The notes beneath the pieces are model-generated. The model was not told the origin of the DNA, searched no databases, and was given only the letters and a program-made list of their open reading frames with translations. 64,000 bases of DNA from Chrysomallon squamiferum (lineage: Eukaryota > Animalia > Mollusca): assembly GCA_012295275.1 (NCBI GenBank), contig CM022669.1:1984001-2048000 (forward strand), given 5' to 3'. Below, in pieces: positions 12,666-28,215 of the stretch (its first letter is position 1; every line of letters starts with the position of its first letter). The position numbers and the translations under genes are program-made.

Positions 12666-13348
12666 TTTCAGTTAAACCAGGAAATATCCTTAATATTACA
12701 TTTTTAGTAGGTTTTTTTTTGTTTTTTGTAAAAGTATTTTCAAACCTGTTCTGATTATGTCTAGGACGATGGTTTAAAAATATAATAATAATAAAAAAAA
12801 AAAAAAAAAAAAAAAATATAGATATCTTCAATCCAGTTATCATAGGACAGTTATATTATAACATACCCCAAAACAGTAATACATGCATTCCGCGGTTTTT
12901 TTTTTGTCTCCATTTTTCCAAAAGCAAAATCCTCAAACCAGAACGTTACTTGTCCTGAGACATGGTTCACCTCAGTGCCTTGATTTACTGACGACATCTG
13001 CGTGTTTGGTGGCGATGCCTTATCTGTATTCATTTGACGATTCACAGTGCAAATATATAATGGTTTGATTTGCAATTATCCATGGGCCAGTCAGTAATGC
13101 TATCAGCTTGCATTTAATCTGGTAGCTATTTAACTGCAATAAGAAGCCCATAGTGAAGAATTTCCTTCACTACACGAAAAATGTTTTTTAGAATATGCTC
13201 CAAAATGAAAATCATTGTATTTTCTTCGGTGCCATCAACTGGTAATAGACATGCAGCAAATGCCTTACTGTCGCCGTTCACCAATGCTTTGTGAGTCTGT
13301 AACCAGGTTTATCGAAAATAAATTAGCAATAAATGTGACTTACATATA

Positions 13349-13382
<34 letters not shown>

Positions 13383-14909
13383 TACATAAATACATACACA
13401 TAATTATAGTAATAATAATAATAAATAAATGTTTTTCCATTTTTAATAATTAAATTAAAAAAATATTAACGATTTAATAAATGCATGATTAATAAATAAA
13501 ACAGAAAATAATTAAATTTTATTCAATGGATTACACTGAATAAATAAACAACATAATAATAATTATGAGACACGAATCCCACTCGAGCTACTTACTATAC
13601 GATTGCAAGATATCTTTTACATATACTCATTGCACTACTGTTTCTTTAAACAGTTAATTATGTATCTATATTATTTATGTATTTATTTTGTTTTATTTTA
13701 TTTTTCATTCTTTAAATGTAAATAAAGGCTAAATCTGATCAGTTATTACCATAACATTAAGAATAAAACGACTTCGACGCGGTTTTAGTTTTCAGAGATT
13801 GTTATCACGGTAATAGCGGATTGTACTCGTAAGCTACGTCGTCACCAACGTAGTCATTAGTAAAGAGAGGCTTGAACCTCTGTCAACTCTATTTATGTCC
13901 TTTAATGTCGCCATAATGTATTCATGTATTTGTTTGTCTATTTATTTTATTATTATGTTTTCTTTGTTTCTTTATTTTCTTTATCAGTATATTTGTTTGT
14001 TTGTTTTTCTACATATGTATTTGTTTGTTATTTGATTAATTAATTAATTTATTATTTAAGCACCATTTTATTTGTCTGTTTGTTTCTTAATTTGTATATC
14101 TGTTTAAATATATCTTAATTTAATATTTGTTTATTTATATTGTATTCTATTTTCTGAAAATAATTCAAGTGTTTGCTGTATAATGAAGTTTCGTGTAAGA
14201 ATACAAGCAAATCCTAGAAAGCCTTAGAGGATTATAAATGTCTTGTTTTATTTTGATTTCATATAATGTTGTTAATCAGTTAATGTTTTAAATATTATAT
14301 ATTAAATATTAAGTATCATAATTAGAAGGTAGAAAAAAAAATTAAAGCATAAATAAATAAATAAATAAAAATAAATTAACGTTACGTAATATAATCTAAT
14401 ATAATATACTGTAAGGCCAATACTAAATATTACAATATTTTTTGTAGAAAACATCATAAAACGTTTTTGCATACTAAAAAATAACATTAAACACATTGGT
14501 AATCAAGCTGCCGATCCAAACAACCAAGAAAATATCCGCCCCTGCAAACTATGTTATTATTCTACAGTAAGTACATATAACTTTTATGTCATTAACAAAC
14601 CTACCGATCAAGGATAACCCCTAAAATTAAGAATAGATACTCCTCTTCAGACCATAATAGAGGTCGAACCAGGGTCAAAGACATTTGTAAAATTCTTTAT
14701 TTATAAATGACTATTCTGTGTGTGCTAAGTGGGACCATTATTTTCTCATCAGTACTCTTACTTTGTGCTTATTTGTTCTAAAAGAGTTGCAGAATAAGAC
14801 AAGCAGATTAATTATTTTTCTTAGGTATACATGACAATCCATTTCTTTATATCTTCATTGTAGAGAAAAGAGAAAAAGAATAAAACGATGATAATAAGGA
14901 TAAAGATAA

Positions 14910-14970
<61 letters not shown>

Positions 14971-17099
14971 GTGTTGATGATGAACAATGTATCTCGTTTT
15001 ATATAAAAACACAAATCGATTATTTCAGTGATGATGAAATTGGCAGCATTATTTATAGGAGCCAGAAAAATCAGATTTCCAGTCAAAGAACAGTTATTCA
15101 AATAGTTCTCTGGAACCCGCAAGCGAAACGTTTACTCTAAATTTCAAACACGGAAAACGAAAATGTAGTCAACGGTTTTAGGTAGATTTAGGATTTAATT
15201 CTGCAAAAAAACACATTCATTCTTTTATCGTTTGAGGAAGATGATTTTTGTTTTTGATATACCCGTAAAATAATCGCTTTACCAACAGATATCGATAATT
15301 TAGATTCCCAGTGTGACAACAGATCACTGCTGAAATTTCTAATATTGACAAAAAAACAACTAAAATACAAAACCAAAACATCAACAAACATGCCATAACA
15401 GAACACACTTAAAATTCAATTCTGACCAGTAAGTTAAAATTAAATTAAAATGCAATCAAATTAGTTCAAGAAACCGATACATAAATAAAATTATGAACAG
15501 TTATTTAGAACAAGGATGATAATTTTTTCAAATATCTTATGTTTAAATGAAAAGTCAGTGTAACTAGCATGATAAGTAATTTGATTCTGGATTGATTGAA
15601 TTTTCCAGCGAGCGACATACATTTTCGACCACCGACATTTTGCCATATGTTATTATACTTATTTTAAAATTATATCCAAGATGTTATAAAATCTGGATAC
15701 CCTCCTATATGCAACAACAGACTGGAAAAGATTGAGGAGAAAGAGAAAGGGGAAACAGATGGGAGAGAGAGACAAGGGAAAGTGAACAGGAAGTATATAA
15801 AAATGGAATAAACATAGGCAGAGAGAAATAAAGAAAGCTAGCTAAATGAAGGAAAAACATTAGTACAAAGTTTACTGATTTAATAGAATTCTAACTGGCA
15901 CATTAATTCGTTTTGTCATACGTTTTAAATTGATATCTAGAAGTGATAACAAATATTCTGAGATTGCATATTGCTTCAGTCTAAAATAGGACATTTTTAG
16001 TCAGGTTTTGTTGTCTGAAGAAAATACTTTTGAACACGGAATTGTTCAATTCAGTTTTAAATTGCGAAAAGAGTCGTTTACGTCAACGACCATACGTGAT
16101 TGTACTGAACAATGCAGTGCTAGGCACAGTGCTGAGTGATGGCAGGAAATTGGGTTGTTCTAGACTAAATCCACTTGAAAAACTCCAGCTATTAAACCCG
16201 TGTGCACTGATAAGTATCACTGGAGTTAAAATAAGTCAAACTGACTATGACAGTAATTTGCTTCGGGTTAATTTTGAGCTGATTTTAAGGTGTAAAATGC
16301 AGAAATGTTAATAATAAATAAATAAATAAATAAATATTAAAAAAATGATTTTTTAAAAGAAACAAACACAAACAGACACACATGCATCTATATATTCAAC
16401 AATTTTCGAATCTAATATCTGGAGTTATGAACTCATAATAATGTTATCATACTGAATACTTCGATATAATTCTTAGTTTTTATCATGTGGTGTATTTGGA
16501 CTTGGTGAAATTTAATATTATCGCGACGAACAGCATTTGTTACTCACTAGTACACTGAATCGTGCCCAACTCACTTCTCTAAAGATTGATGGGTTCTCAA
16601 CAAATTACCAAGCTGTGGTCATCAAGTTTCCATGCCATTACCTTCAGAAGTGATTTACAGACCTCTTATAAGGATAGAACACAACACTGCTGACTCAGCC
16701 TCTGAACATCAGTGGGCACTGTGGTCATTCTTAGATGTGAACAACTATAAGCTGCGTGCTCGTTTCCCAGTAGATTTAGCAGTGCTGCTCTTTGATAGCA
16801 CTATTCTTTGATTTTAGATACTGTTATTTTGAAATTACACAAATATCTCCATTTTCCTTTTTTCTGTAAATGGTGATAAACGACAAGATAAATTAAAGTT
16901 ATACTTAACAGTCTATAATTAGAACTATAAAGTGAAACTAACAGCAGTTTTGTCAAGACTATAATTGATATTATTATTGTTAGACATTATGTGTTAATTT
17001 TCACAAATTTAATAATATACATATTTTTTCCCACTAAATAGCTGAAAAATAATTAATGTTTATTTCATTCAAAGAGCGCTAACTTGATATTAGTAAAAA

Positions 17100-17270
17100 T
17101 ATTATAGGTTAGCTCATCCATGTTAAAATCCTGTGGCGTGATTTAGTCGCTGGATCAATTCTCCTCGGTGTGTCTATTAGGCTTTATTCCTTTCCAGCCA
17201 GTGCTGATTTAACATAAGCTGGGAATATGCATATAAACTATTCTTATCGCTAATTAAAAACTAACATCCC
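17100..17270 (+). mobile_element. Degraded SINE copy
   Basis: GGATCAATTC...ATTAGGCTTTATTCCTTTCCAGCCAGTGCT resembles 29585-29760 and, inverted, 28050-28215 and 32631-32870. Confidence 0.5.
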
Positions 17271-20200
17271 CTTATGCACAAAAATATATTTTTATCTAAT
17301 TATCTTTACTATACATAATATACCGCGTGATAGAAAAGATTTATCAGAGTTTCATACATTGTCAAACCTTTTAATAAAAAGGAACATAATTCAACAGTAG
17401 ATTAAATTTTTAATTTCTTCCTATCTTTTGTTCATTCATACTGATCACATCCAAGCGGTAGAGTCGTTGACAGCGATCCGAATCATTTGATACATTCAGG
17501 ACGTTCTGATATTGAAACCAGGAACAGAAGAGCCAAGTGAAAATATTTACTCTCATCTGAGATTGTTTAATTAACTAAGTGGGTCTCTACAAACTGCACG
17601 ATCACGCATATGCAGATTCATAAAAATATGTGATGCCATGGGTTTGTCGCCCGATTAACCATTTTAGTTTCCTGTTTCGTGATTTGGTGTAGAAGACGAA
17701 TATGAATATTTTCAAAATATATAAAACATTTGTTTTTTGTTGTTGTTTTTGACCTAATACATTTTAATTTAATACTTGAATACTTTTATTCTGGTCAATA
17801 TATATTTCATTTATTTAAAAACTATTTCTTACGTGCAAGCAGGAACTTTAGAAATATTTCTGATCTTTATAACAAAAAATAGTTCCTCGATCCTGCTTCT
17901 TTATCCGCGCTTAAACATCAGTATTTATATTTTCTATCTTAGATGATAATTCTAAAAGTATGAATGTTAACATTATAGACAAAAAGATTCAATGACATAC
18001 ACCAGACGAATAAAAATTGTTTCGTTATGTGATCTTTTCAATTAGATGACTTGGATACGTTAAACTATTTCAAGTTTTAGATATATCCAGTTTGCAAAAA
18101 TCTTCCAATCATTAAATAAGAAATCTTAGAGTGTTAATGGTCGAGTTTTAAAATTAATAAAATGAACTAATCTAAAATAAAGTCAGAAAATAGTAATTGA
18201 GATGGGTTTTGTATTAGGAATAGAACTTAGATGGATGAGAAATGTGTGATTAAAATTGTCAAAAGCCTTAGAAAAATCTACAAAAAGACAATAAAATCAT
18301 CCCTATTTCAAGTATAACCATATAATAATTATTATTCATAGATAGTTCATTTCTAAAAAGAAGGAAAGAGAAGTGCTCAATCCATTGTACATAATTTCTT
18401 TTGATATATTTGGATACCGTTTTCCTTGTTTAATCAAAATCCAAAACAGTTTGAGGGTATTTTGCATTTATCAGATTTACTCTCTGTTTGATAAAATAAG
18501 TCATCTTTTCCTATTAAAAGTATTTTTAAATGTTTTACTCAGAATTAAAAAAAAAAAAAAAAAAAAAAAAACCCAAAACGGAGAAATATTATTTTAACGC
18601 ATCAAGTGCTTGTTATGTTGTTAAATGTATATACTATCTTATGGTTGGCAAAGACTAGCTAGAGAGAGTTATACTTATTTCTACACATTCATGACTGTAG
18701 ATAGACATATTATATTTTCTTGTAAAACATCTATTATATATATATGATCCGAAACATCACCTTCAAAAAGTTTTGGATCCGCCAGCATGGTGTGATAATT
18801 ACTGTCCCTGTTGAATCACTCTAAGATTTTAATGGTTTGCCTCGGAATCGTGAGATTGCGTGACACAAGTCAAAACAAGGATTAATTACCGCGACACATT
18901 TCCGGTAGTGGCCACCATTCAATTGAGTTTCTTCAAGTAACAAAAGTGAATTATGATGATTGCCGTTACATTCCGCGAATCAGTTTGACACTGTTAATTT
19001 GTGTGAAACAAAAGGTCTCTGGCTTTACATTGTCTATAAAATGTTTTTAAGAACGCTTTAACAGGAAACACTGTCATGATGGTCCATAATGTCTTATGGA
19101 ATATCAAGTTATAAAAACTGGATGGCAAAAAATTCCGGAGATGTACGTTTCGTATCATGAGGTGTTTTTCTTTCAATGAAACAAAAGAGTTTTATTATTA
19201 TTATTATTATTATTATTTTAAATAATTATTTGAATGTAATAAAAACAAAACAAAGAAAACAATAAGTGGATTATTAAGGCGATGTCCTTAAAGAATAAGG
19301 ATTAAAAAAATATATAATAATAAAATTAATAAACAAAATAAAATCTCCAAAACGTAGGTAATAAAAAAGAAGAAAGAAATCACTTTGTAAATGTGAGCAA
19401 ATAGCAATTTTCCGCTTCTACATACACACAAACTCTATATTTGCGGTTAGTTCTTGCCTTATTACACAAGAACATTTCAAAAGATCGGGCCTGCCAGAGT
19501 ATACCCTGTAAAACAGCAACTAGTTATGCCAATACATTTTTAAAAATTCAAAAAAGAATATAAAAAAATATATACATGCACTGCACTTTAACTTCTTATA
19601 ATTATTTTTCAACTCATGGACTGATATAAGAATTATACATGCAGTAACAGTGCGCTATCCAGCCCAACACAGCCGTCATTTATCACACTACTATTAAAAC
19701 AGTCGAGACAAGCCAATCTCTGTGTCTTGCGCAAATCGCTTGGCTGGTCATAAATTGAAAAAAATCATGAAATCTTTCTCAAGAGAATTGAACGTCTTCG
19801 TCGACATATCCAACAAATCTTCAATTACATGACAGCGCTAATGGTTTGGAACTTTTACCTTTAACAGAATGACATAGGATAGAAGCCTTGGTGAGCACAA
19901 AGGCTTTCAATAATATTATAACTTTTAAAAATAAATAAATATTCTACTGGGAATAACTTGATAACGAAACTGAGATATGTTTATCTTTGTGAATGTATAT
20001 GTGTGTTTCTGTGGATGTATAATATATACATACAAAAATATAAAAAAAAAAGAAATAACTAAATGTAGATAGAAAGATATATAGATAGATAGACAGACAT
20101 ATAGACAAACAGATTATATACATACGTACTATAATAATGTTAAAATTATAATAAGTAATATATATTTTCAAAAACATGAACAAATTTAGACGACTTATTT

Positions 20201-21008
20201 TTTTTTATTACAAATTTTTCAAAGAAATGAAAATGAAAATGATTTTATTTTTTTTATTTTATTATTATTTTTTTTTTCAGTTGTAGCTACAATAAAAAAT
20301 GGTAAAATCAACCAAATTTTTATTTTATACCATAGCCGTGGCTGTGTATGTGTGTGTGTGTGGGTAAGCGCGCGTGTGCATGTGTATGCGGTAATAAAAA
20401 AATAAGTAAATAATGATAAAACAAAAATAATAAGGCAAAAACTCAAGTTAAAATGCGGACACCGTACAATCACCAGCAAATCATAGCAGCATACTAAAAC
20501 AATGACATAAAAAGCCTATACCAAATACGGACAAAAACTTCTTATTGTGTTTGCGGTCACATGACCTTAGTGAATCAATTACACTTGTACGTCTTGTCCT
20601 AATGGTAGAAATCCTATGGGTGGAAATTCGTTCTAATTACCATTTGCTCCAGTGGATTGAAACAGGTCTATGTATCACTTTGTCACTGGTTCGTGCATTT
20701 TAATAATAAGTTTTTTGGTTTCAATTCCATCTTTCCCTTTTTCCTTCGCCTCTTTATAGCTGTCGCAGTGATTGCAAACGACCGCATTTTGGGAGTAGTT
20801 ATTCTGAAGCGTAATGACTTCTGGTAGACATTTCGTAAACAAGCAGCTTAGACCCAGTTAATGGAAGTTCTTGGATGGCTGCGCCAGCCTAGGATAATAT
20901 AGCAATGGCGCAGAAACCGAGGCGATCACAGAAAATACCAGTAAATCCAAAATACTCACTAACAATAATAATAATATATGCCCATCTGAATATAAATAAA
21001 AACATCAC

Positions 21009-21042
<34 letters not shown>

Positions 21043-21938
21043 AATAAATTATACAGAAATATATATATATATATATATAACAAAAATTAAAATAACAATA
21101 TATGCCTATCTGAATATAAATAAAAACATCACAAAAAAATAAAAAAATAACAAAATAAAAAAAAAATAAAAAAATAAGAACAAAATAAAAATAAAATAAA
21201 ATAAAATGAATAATAATAATAATAATAATAATAACAACAACAACAACAACAACAATAATAATAATAATAATAATATAATAATAATAATAATAAATAAATA
21301 AATAAATAAATAAAATAAAAGTATTTTTTTTTTCGTTTTTTGTTTATCATATTTGTAGTAACAGTAATACAGCAGCCAGCCTCAACAATAGCAGCAGCAG
21401 CAACAGCTATGACAACAGCAAAAACAGATAGATATAAACTTTTCCAAAGAAACTAGTTCTAAAAATATTTCTGAAGATATAAACATTTATGACAAAAGGT
21501 GTTTCAGACATAATGTTGTATAGATTCGTTACGTTGAACTATCATTGTCATACAGTTTTGAAATTGTTTTGTTAAAGTTCTTTAATGTTAAATTTAAATG
21601 CAAAGTTGGTATTAAAATGGATTTTTCATTCACTTTATTTTTGCCACTGTGAAACATTGGAGTGAAACCTTTAGCGTTGGCTTCAATACCCTTAAAAACT
21701 GACATTTATTTTGCCACAGAGGCCTTGTTAATTTTGAAACTTATTTTGAGGCCTGATTAACAATGATTAAATTGATTTAAAAAAAATAATAATAATAATA
21801 AAAAATAAAATAAATAAAATGAAATAAAAATAAGAATGATAAAAATAAAACCAGAAATATATAAGATCTTAATGGGCAGCATTTTCTCTTGTCAGCTGTT
21901 TCTATTTTCTTTCTTTCTTTTCTTCTCCTTCTTCAGTG

Positions 21939-22047
<109 letters not shown>

Positions 22048-23089
22048 TCTAAATTTTAATTTATAAATAAATCTCGAAAATAAAGCCCACTAAAGTGATA
22101 GCGTCACAATTTTTTTTCTTTACTTCTGGCTTTGCTACTAAAAGAAAATTATGTTTGAAAAAAAACATAGTAAAATTTGAAATAAATTTTGACATGATGA
22201 ATAAAAAAACCCAAAACAGAGAGACGTGGATGAATAAACTAAATAAAAACGTAAATCATCTACAAATGTAATTCAAAACAAACACCACTGTTTGCGAATG
22301 TCCACTATTAAAAAAAATATTATTCTTTAAGAATCACTTTATTAAAAAAAAAAAAAAAAAACGAACTGAAGGGCTGGAAAAACCATCTTACAAAATGTTA
22401 ACAAAAGATAATGTGACCTGACTGCTTTAAGTCATTGTCATAAAATCTAATTTCCTGTTCTACATAGAGCTCATTTATCAAAACTGTATAATTTTCGTTG
22501 CTTTGGTTAAAGCTGGTATAAACTGATATCGTATCCACGTATCCACTTGGATCATTTTCATATCAATTTACAAGTAGGGTGGCATACGGTGTTTCCATCG
22601 GTTCATTCTCCCATCCATCCATCCATCCATTCATTCAACAAGTTACCCATCCAGTCACCCGTACATCTATCTACTCGTCCTTCCATTCATCCATCAATCC
22701 ATCCATCCACCTATATATCAGATCACGTAACCGTATTCTACTTTATAACTGCTTCGATTATCTGTTAATGTGCCAAGAAAACCAAAATAGAACCTGTGCT
22801 GGACAATTTTAAAACTATAATGTAAGTTTTAAGGTTTGTTTTTTTATTTAAATGAATACAACCGTTTTTAAATATAATATTTTTATATTTAATAACACAT
22901 GGCAGTAGTAGACCAATTTAACGAAGTTCTGTAGTTGATTATCCAGTCAATATAAACAGCAGAAAAGACCCAACACTATCATCAACGAAAATAAATAAAT
23001 AAATAAATAAATGAAGAGTAGTGGAATGAAGGAAGGAAAAAAAATCCTTATGCAACAAAGCTACACGCGTCTCTTATTATCTTGATATT

Positions 23090-23400
23090 ACAATAAGCAT
23101 CCACCTTTTCGACAATAAGATAGTTTTGGACTAATTCTTGGCTGGTCTGAGTTTAATATGCATCCGGATAGTAATGATGTCTTGTAGACAAGTTTAACAA
23201 TAGCACTCGACATTCTGCTTGTAACATTCCCAGGACACATCCTCATTAAAATATTTTATTCATATTGCCATATTCAACGCTGACACGTCTGCCAGCCATC
23301 TGACTTGATCCATTCGGTGAAGAAGTTCATAATTGGGGATGATTGGAGAAAGACCTCGATAAATTCTCTTTGTTGTCGTAAGTGTCGTATTAACTGAACC
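23090..23400 (-). mobile_element. Probable degraded LINE (RTE-like) 3' remnant
   Basis: Minus-strand translation KRIYRGLSPIIPNYELLHRMDQ followed by RP.R-type residues resembles the C-terminus of RTE ORF2; frameshifted. Confidence 0.4.
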
Positions 23401-23562
23401 ACTAGCTCCCGGTGTCTGTTTTGATGCTAACACGATTCTACAAAGATAACTCCCAGTTTTTAATAATACCGAAATTAAGGCTAGTTTTTGACAACATGTA
23501 TGTAATAAAATCACAGATGTACGCACGAAAGAAGACCCATAATTACACAGACGTATTCGTGC

Positions 23563-23564
<2 letters not shown>

Positions 23565-23654
<90 letters not shown>

Positions 23655-23670
23655 ACACCCACACACCCAC
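23565..23670. repeat. (CA)n microsatellite
   Basis: Long dinucleotide run. Confidence 0.97.
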
Positions 23671-23950
23671 ATACATATATACAATCAGACATACACAATA
23701 TGTACATGTATTCACACGCATATACAGAAACTTTAAAAGATGTCTTTTTGGCCGAGATGTATTGTTGTCCGCCAGTTGAGTGCGTGCGAATGTGTGCCAT
23801 ATGTTCGTGTCTTGCGAGCGGCAACTAACGTTTGTGAGGTCGTGATTCGACGGTGCGTTCCCGAATATTGTCTATGGACTGAGTCTAATCAGACGTACTT
23901 AAGACAACAAAATATTCATTTCTAAATATATGTATGCATACATACTAAAA

Positions 23951-24004
<54 letters not shown>

Positions 24005-27000
24005 CTACATACTCATACACACATACTAACAGTGGGAAAAACACACAGACACGCATACCCTACTGGAATGTACTTTACAACGATTTAAAATGCAAGCCAG
24101 AATCGTTCGAACTTAAGATAAGAAAAATAGTAAGGAAAAATTAATTACACTGTGTTAGAGGAACTGAATAAGGTTAAAAGAAACACACACATGTATAATG
24201 ATTGGTTCAGTTTTGAACAAACACGTAACGGTTTGGTGTTATATAAATGGATTCCTCTGCCAAGTTTAATGGACTACGTTCAGTTAGTGCTAACACCTGT
24301 GGCAGTTTAGCATCGTGGAGGCGACATTTCGACACATTTCTGACAGAGATATAATAGAAGGAATTCTGCTGCTTAAATTACACATATTTTGGGCTTCTTT
24401 AAATAGCTGTGATATATTGAAAATAACATTATCACTTTACTATACCCCGTCTCACCCACGCACTTATGCCTTAAGATAGATATGCCGCACACATAGATAC
24501 ACACACAAATACACACACACAAATATATATCCATACACCCTTATACAAAGCTATATTTATTAAAATCTTGCGCAGATCTTCAGACAAAATATTTTTCTTT
24601 ACTTAATCTTTTAACAGATACTCGAGCAAAAATAAATTGTATTCAACCAGTAATAATAGTAATAAATAATTAAAAAAAATAGCCCCCGCATAAAACAACA
24701 ACAATAAATGATAAAGAACCTGATTCAGCTTCTAATTTAAAAGCCATTATCCCAGACAAGAGTTGCCAATAGCTTTCTTGTTTAAACCTGTTTTACTGAG
24801 TTCGTTGTGCAGTACCACAAACATTAATTAGGTTGTAACACGGATGATAAGGTTTTATTTTTAAAACAACATGAAATAATCCAATAATACATATAAATAG
24901 TATAATAATAATAATAATAATAATAATATATAAAAAAAAATTTGCTAATGCTTACGACTTACTAGAAAGAGAAAACTAAATTAAAAATATACATAACAAA
25001 ATAAAGTATAGAATTCATCGAATTCCTATAGAGTTGTGCACTGTTGTTGAGATCTCGTTTTGACTCAACCACTGCGGTAGCAGTAGGAGCGAGCGCTTGT
25101 ACGCGTCACTGACTGAGATCTTTCACACTGATGGAGATGGCAAGAGACAAAGTGACCCAACTCACATGTCGTGTGTGAAACAAACACAACCACTTCATGA
25201 ATATGTCCAATACATTTCACTTTGACTTGTCAGTTTTATTTTGTCGAAGTTCGATCAATCTGACTGCTGAAAATAAATCATCAAGACCAACAGTGTCCAC
25301 AACAGAATTATTTTATTTTATTTTATTTTATTTTATTTTATTTTATTTTATTTTATTTTATTTTATTTTTTTATTTTATTTTATTTCATTTCATTTTATT
25401 TCATTTTATTTCATTTTTTATATTTTGTTTTATTTTATTTTTATTTTTGTTTTTATTTATTTATTTATTTATTATTCTTTTTGGAATTATGATTAAAAAG
25501 TTTACATGCATTATTTAGGGTCAGTTCTCCTTGGAAGATGATCGGCTCATTTCCCGTTCCAGATCTTACCTCATTTTATTATTGAAGTCTTAAGACATCT
25601 TTGATACAAGGTAAAATAAAATACGTTTCTGTATGTGCGGTTGTGTGTGCTTGTGCGTATTTCTGCATCTTGTTTTTCAGGTTTTTATGTCAGTTGGAAA
25701 TATCATTTTTGTTTTGTATGTGTAGGTTTCTATGTAGAAATGCACAGCTGAACAAAAAGGGAACATAGTCGCCTAACTAGACCTGCGCCTCAGTCGATGC
25801 TGTATCAGCAGACTTTCTCTTTCTAACAACTAATCTCGTGTTACATCATCGCATATCTATGTCAGTGTGATTTGTTCCTAATTTGTGTCGGTCACTGACT
25901 TACGTAGTTTTGGGTTACAAAACCAGACGTTGTAAACCGAAACTCTCTACATGCATTAAACAAATAAGAAACAAATGAAAAAAAAACCCCAACAACAACC
26001 AAAAAAAGAAAGAAAGAAATGTTACGAGAAATTTAAGGAATTTGAAATTTAAATATAAAGTCTAAAAAAAATGTTTTATAAATGATAAAATAAATACTAA
26101 AATGTAAAGTGATGGTGATTTTTTTATTTCCATATTTGTTAATTATTGCATCAATTTACTACATTCCGTGAGAATACTGTCAGTGTACTCTGACGCTACG
26201 TCGCTTGTTTGTGTAGTGGCCTTAAAAATGAAAAGATTAGGAAAGATACATTTGGTCAAATAAACATGATATAATCATTCGATTCCATCCTGAACTTTTG
26301 AGTTACCGAATTTTACTAAAAATTATAATTTCATTAAACTGCGATACCTTATTCTTGTACAGCTGTTTACATTCATTATGTTTCAATAACTTTAGAATTT
26401 TTATGTATAATGTAATCATCTTTTTGTTGTATTTACCTTTGGTTTGACTTCCAACAGCCGTCATGTTTTTCTTGCTAGGGTGTCATAAACCATTCATTCA
26501 TTCTTTAGCCGAAAAAAGAAAAAAAAAATTCTCCCAAAGTAACAAAACAACAAACCAAATAAATAAAACATTATTTCTCTATTTTAATGTCCGAGTTTTG
26601 AAATGTAATTTTCCAGATAAATAAATTCCAAATGCATCCAAATAACATTTGTTTTATTTGTTTTGACCTTTAAAGAAATCTCCATAATTACGTCATTGGC
26701 TCCTTTAAAACAACAATCGTCCACAGCAGGCACCATTATTCTAAATTCTATCAAGTAATAATCTGATGTTTTATAAACCATGACAATGCGAGTCGCTAAT
26801 ATACGACTGTAATTCTTTTCCAGTAATCAAATTTCATGCAGTTTGATTTCCAGCAATGCTTTGCAGTGGGACTGGCGGTTGATCGAAAGTAGAATTTTCT
26901 GGGAAATACTCTTTCTTCTCAAGCTGAGTAAGTTTGGACAGTTTTTGTTTCATAATTATTGTAATCAAAGATAACTGCTGTTTGTGTTTCGTGATATTAA

Positions 27001-28049
27001 AATTTTGTGCTACTGTTAGAATTGTTATATACAAAATAATGTAACCTTTTTGTACTGACCAAAGTATTAAATCCATATATACATAAATACTGTAATCTTC
27101 ATTTCGTATATTTTCATTTACTAAGCTATCTATCCATCTATCTATCTGTCTATCTATCTTTCTATATATCTATCTATATATCTATCTATATCTCTTTATT
27201 TTACTGTCTTTGTAAGTATGATATATATATATATATATATATACATGTGTAAACTTATGTACGCTGGTTTTTAATGTATGTATATGTTTGTGTCTGTATG
27301 TATGTATTATGTCCGTGCGTTTGTGTGTATCATGTATGCATGTATGTGCACGTATTTTTGTGTATATAAGTATGTGTATAGGTAATGTGTGTGAATGTGA
27401 AATTATATATAAAATTATAATTTACCTTACAGTAAATCAACATGCAATACTTAGATCACCTTTTAACCTCGCCAGCAGACGTTTCTTAGGTCACCGTCAC
27501 AACATTAAATATAAGAAAATTCAAGTAGCTCTATATTTCAGTCTGTTATCTTTATTGCTTAGTTTTTATTTAAAGATATACTCAGCTTATTATGAAACTT
27601 GAGTTATCACATTATAGAAACAGGCTGAAAATGGGTGTAATGATTTGCAAGGATATATATACACTTTTTAATTAATCGTTTAACTGATCAAATATATATA
27701 TAAAAAAATCTGTAAGAGATTAAAAATAATAATAATAATATAATTATTAACAACAAATTAAAAAAATAAATAAAATAAAAACCCTACAATTACAACAACA
27801 GAAACAAAACAAACAAGCAGCAACAAAAAATACAATTGGAAAAGCAATATATAGCTTTTTGATAAATGAATTTTTATGGTATCATAATAACGAAAAACCA
27901 AAAGTGACTCGACAAATGTTCAACTTTTCGTCTCACATTTCTTGTGTCGCTTTCAAGAATGAAATCAGAATGAGTAAATGGTGTATTTAACAGTTATTAG
28001 ACATGTTTGGTTTTTGGGTTTTTTTTTAAATTTTTCTTATTTCTTTGAT

Positions 28050-28215
28050 GATATTAGAGAGGAAACACGCTGTTACACTGTGAGTTTCTCTTATCGATTA
28101 AAAGACAGGGATTTAAAAAAAAGTATATATGTAGATGGTAAAGCTATACCGTGGCTTTGAAAAACCAGTCGCAACGATTAGACTGAACAAGGAAATAGTT
28201 CGAAATTGGATTCAT
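28050..28215 (-). mobile_element. Degraded SINE copy
   Basis: GATATTAGAGAGGAAACACGCTG...TCGATTA...ATACCGTGGCTTTGAAAAACCAGTCG...GAAATAG; colinear with 32631-32870. Confidence 0.55.

Noticed and set aside
16030-16311. 93-aa plus-strand ORF
   Set aside because: Non-ATG start, no domain or splice support.
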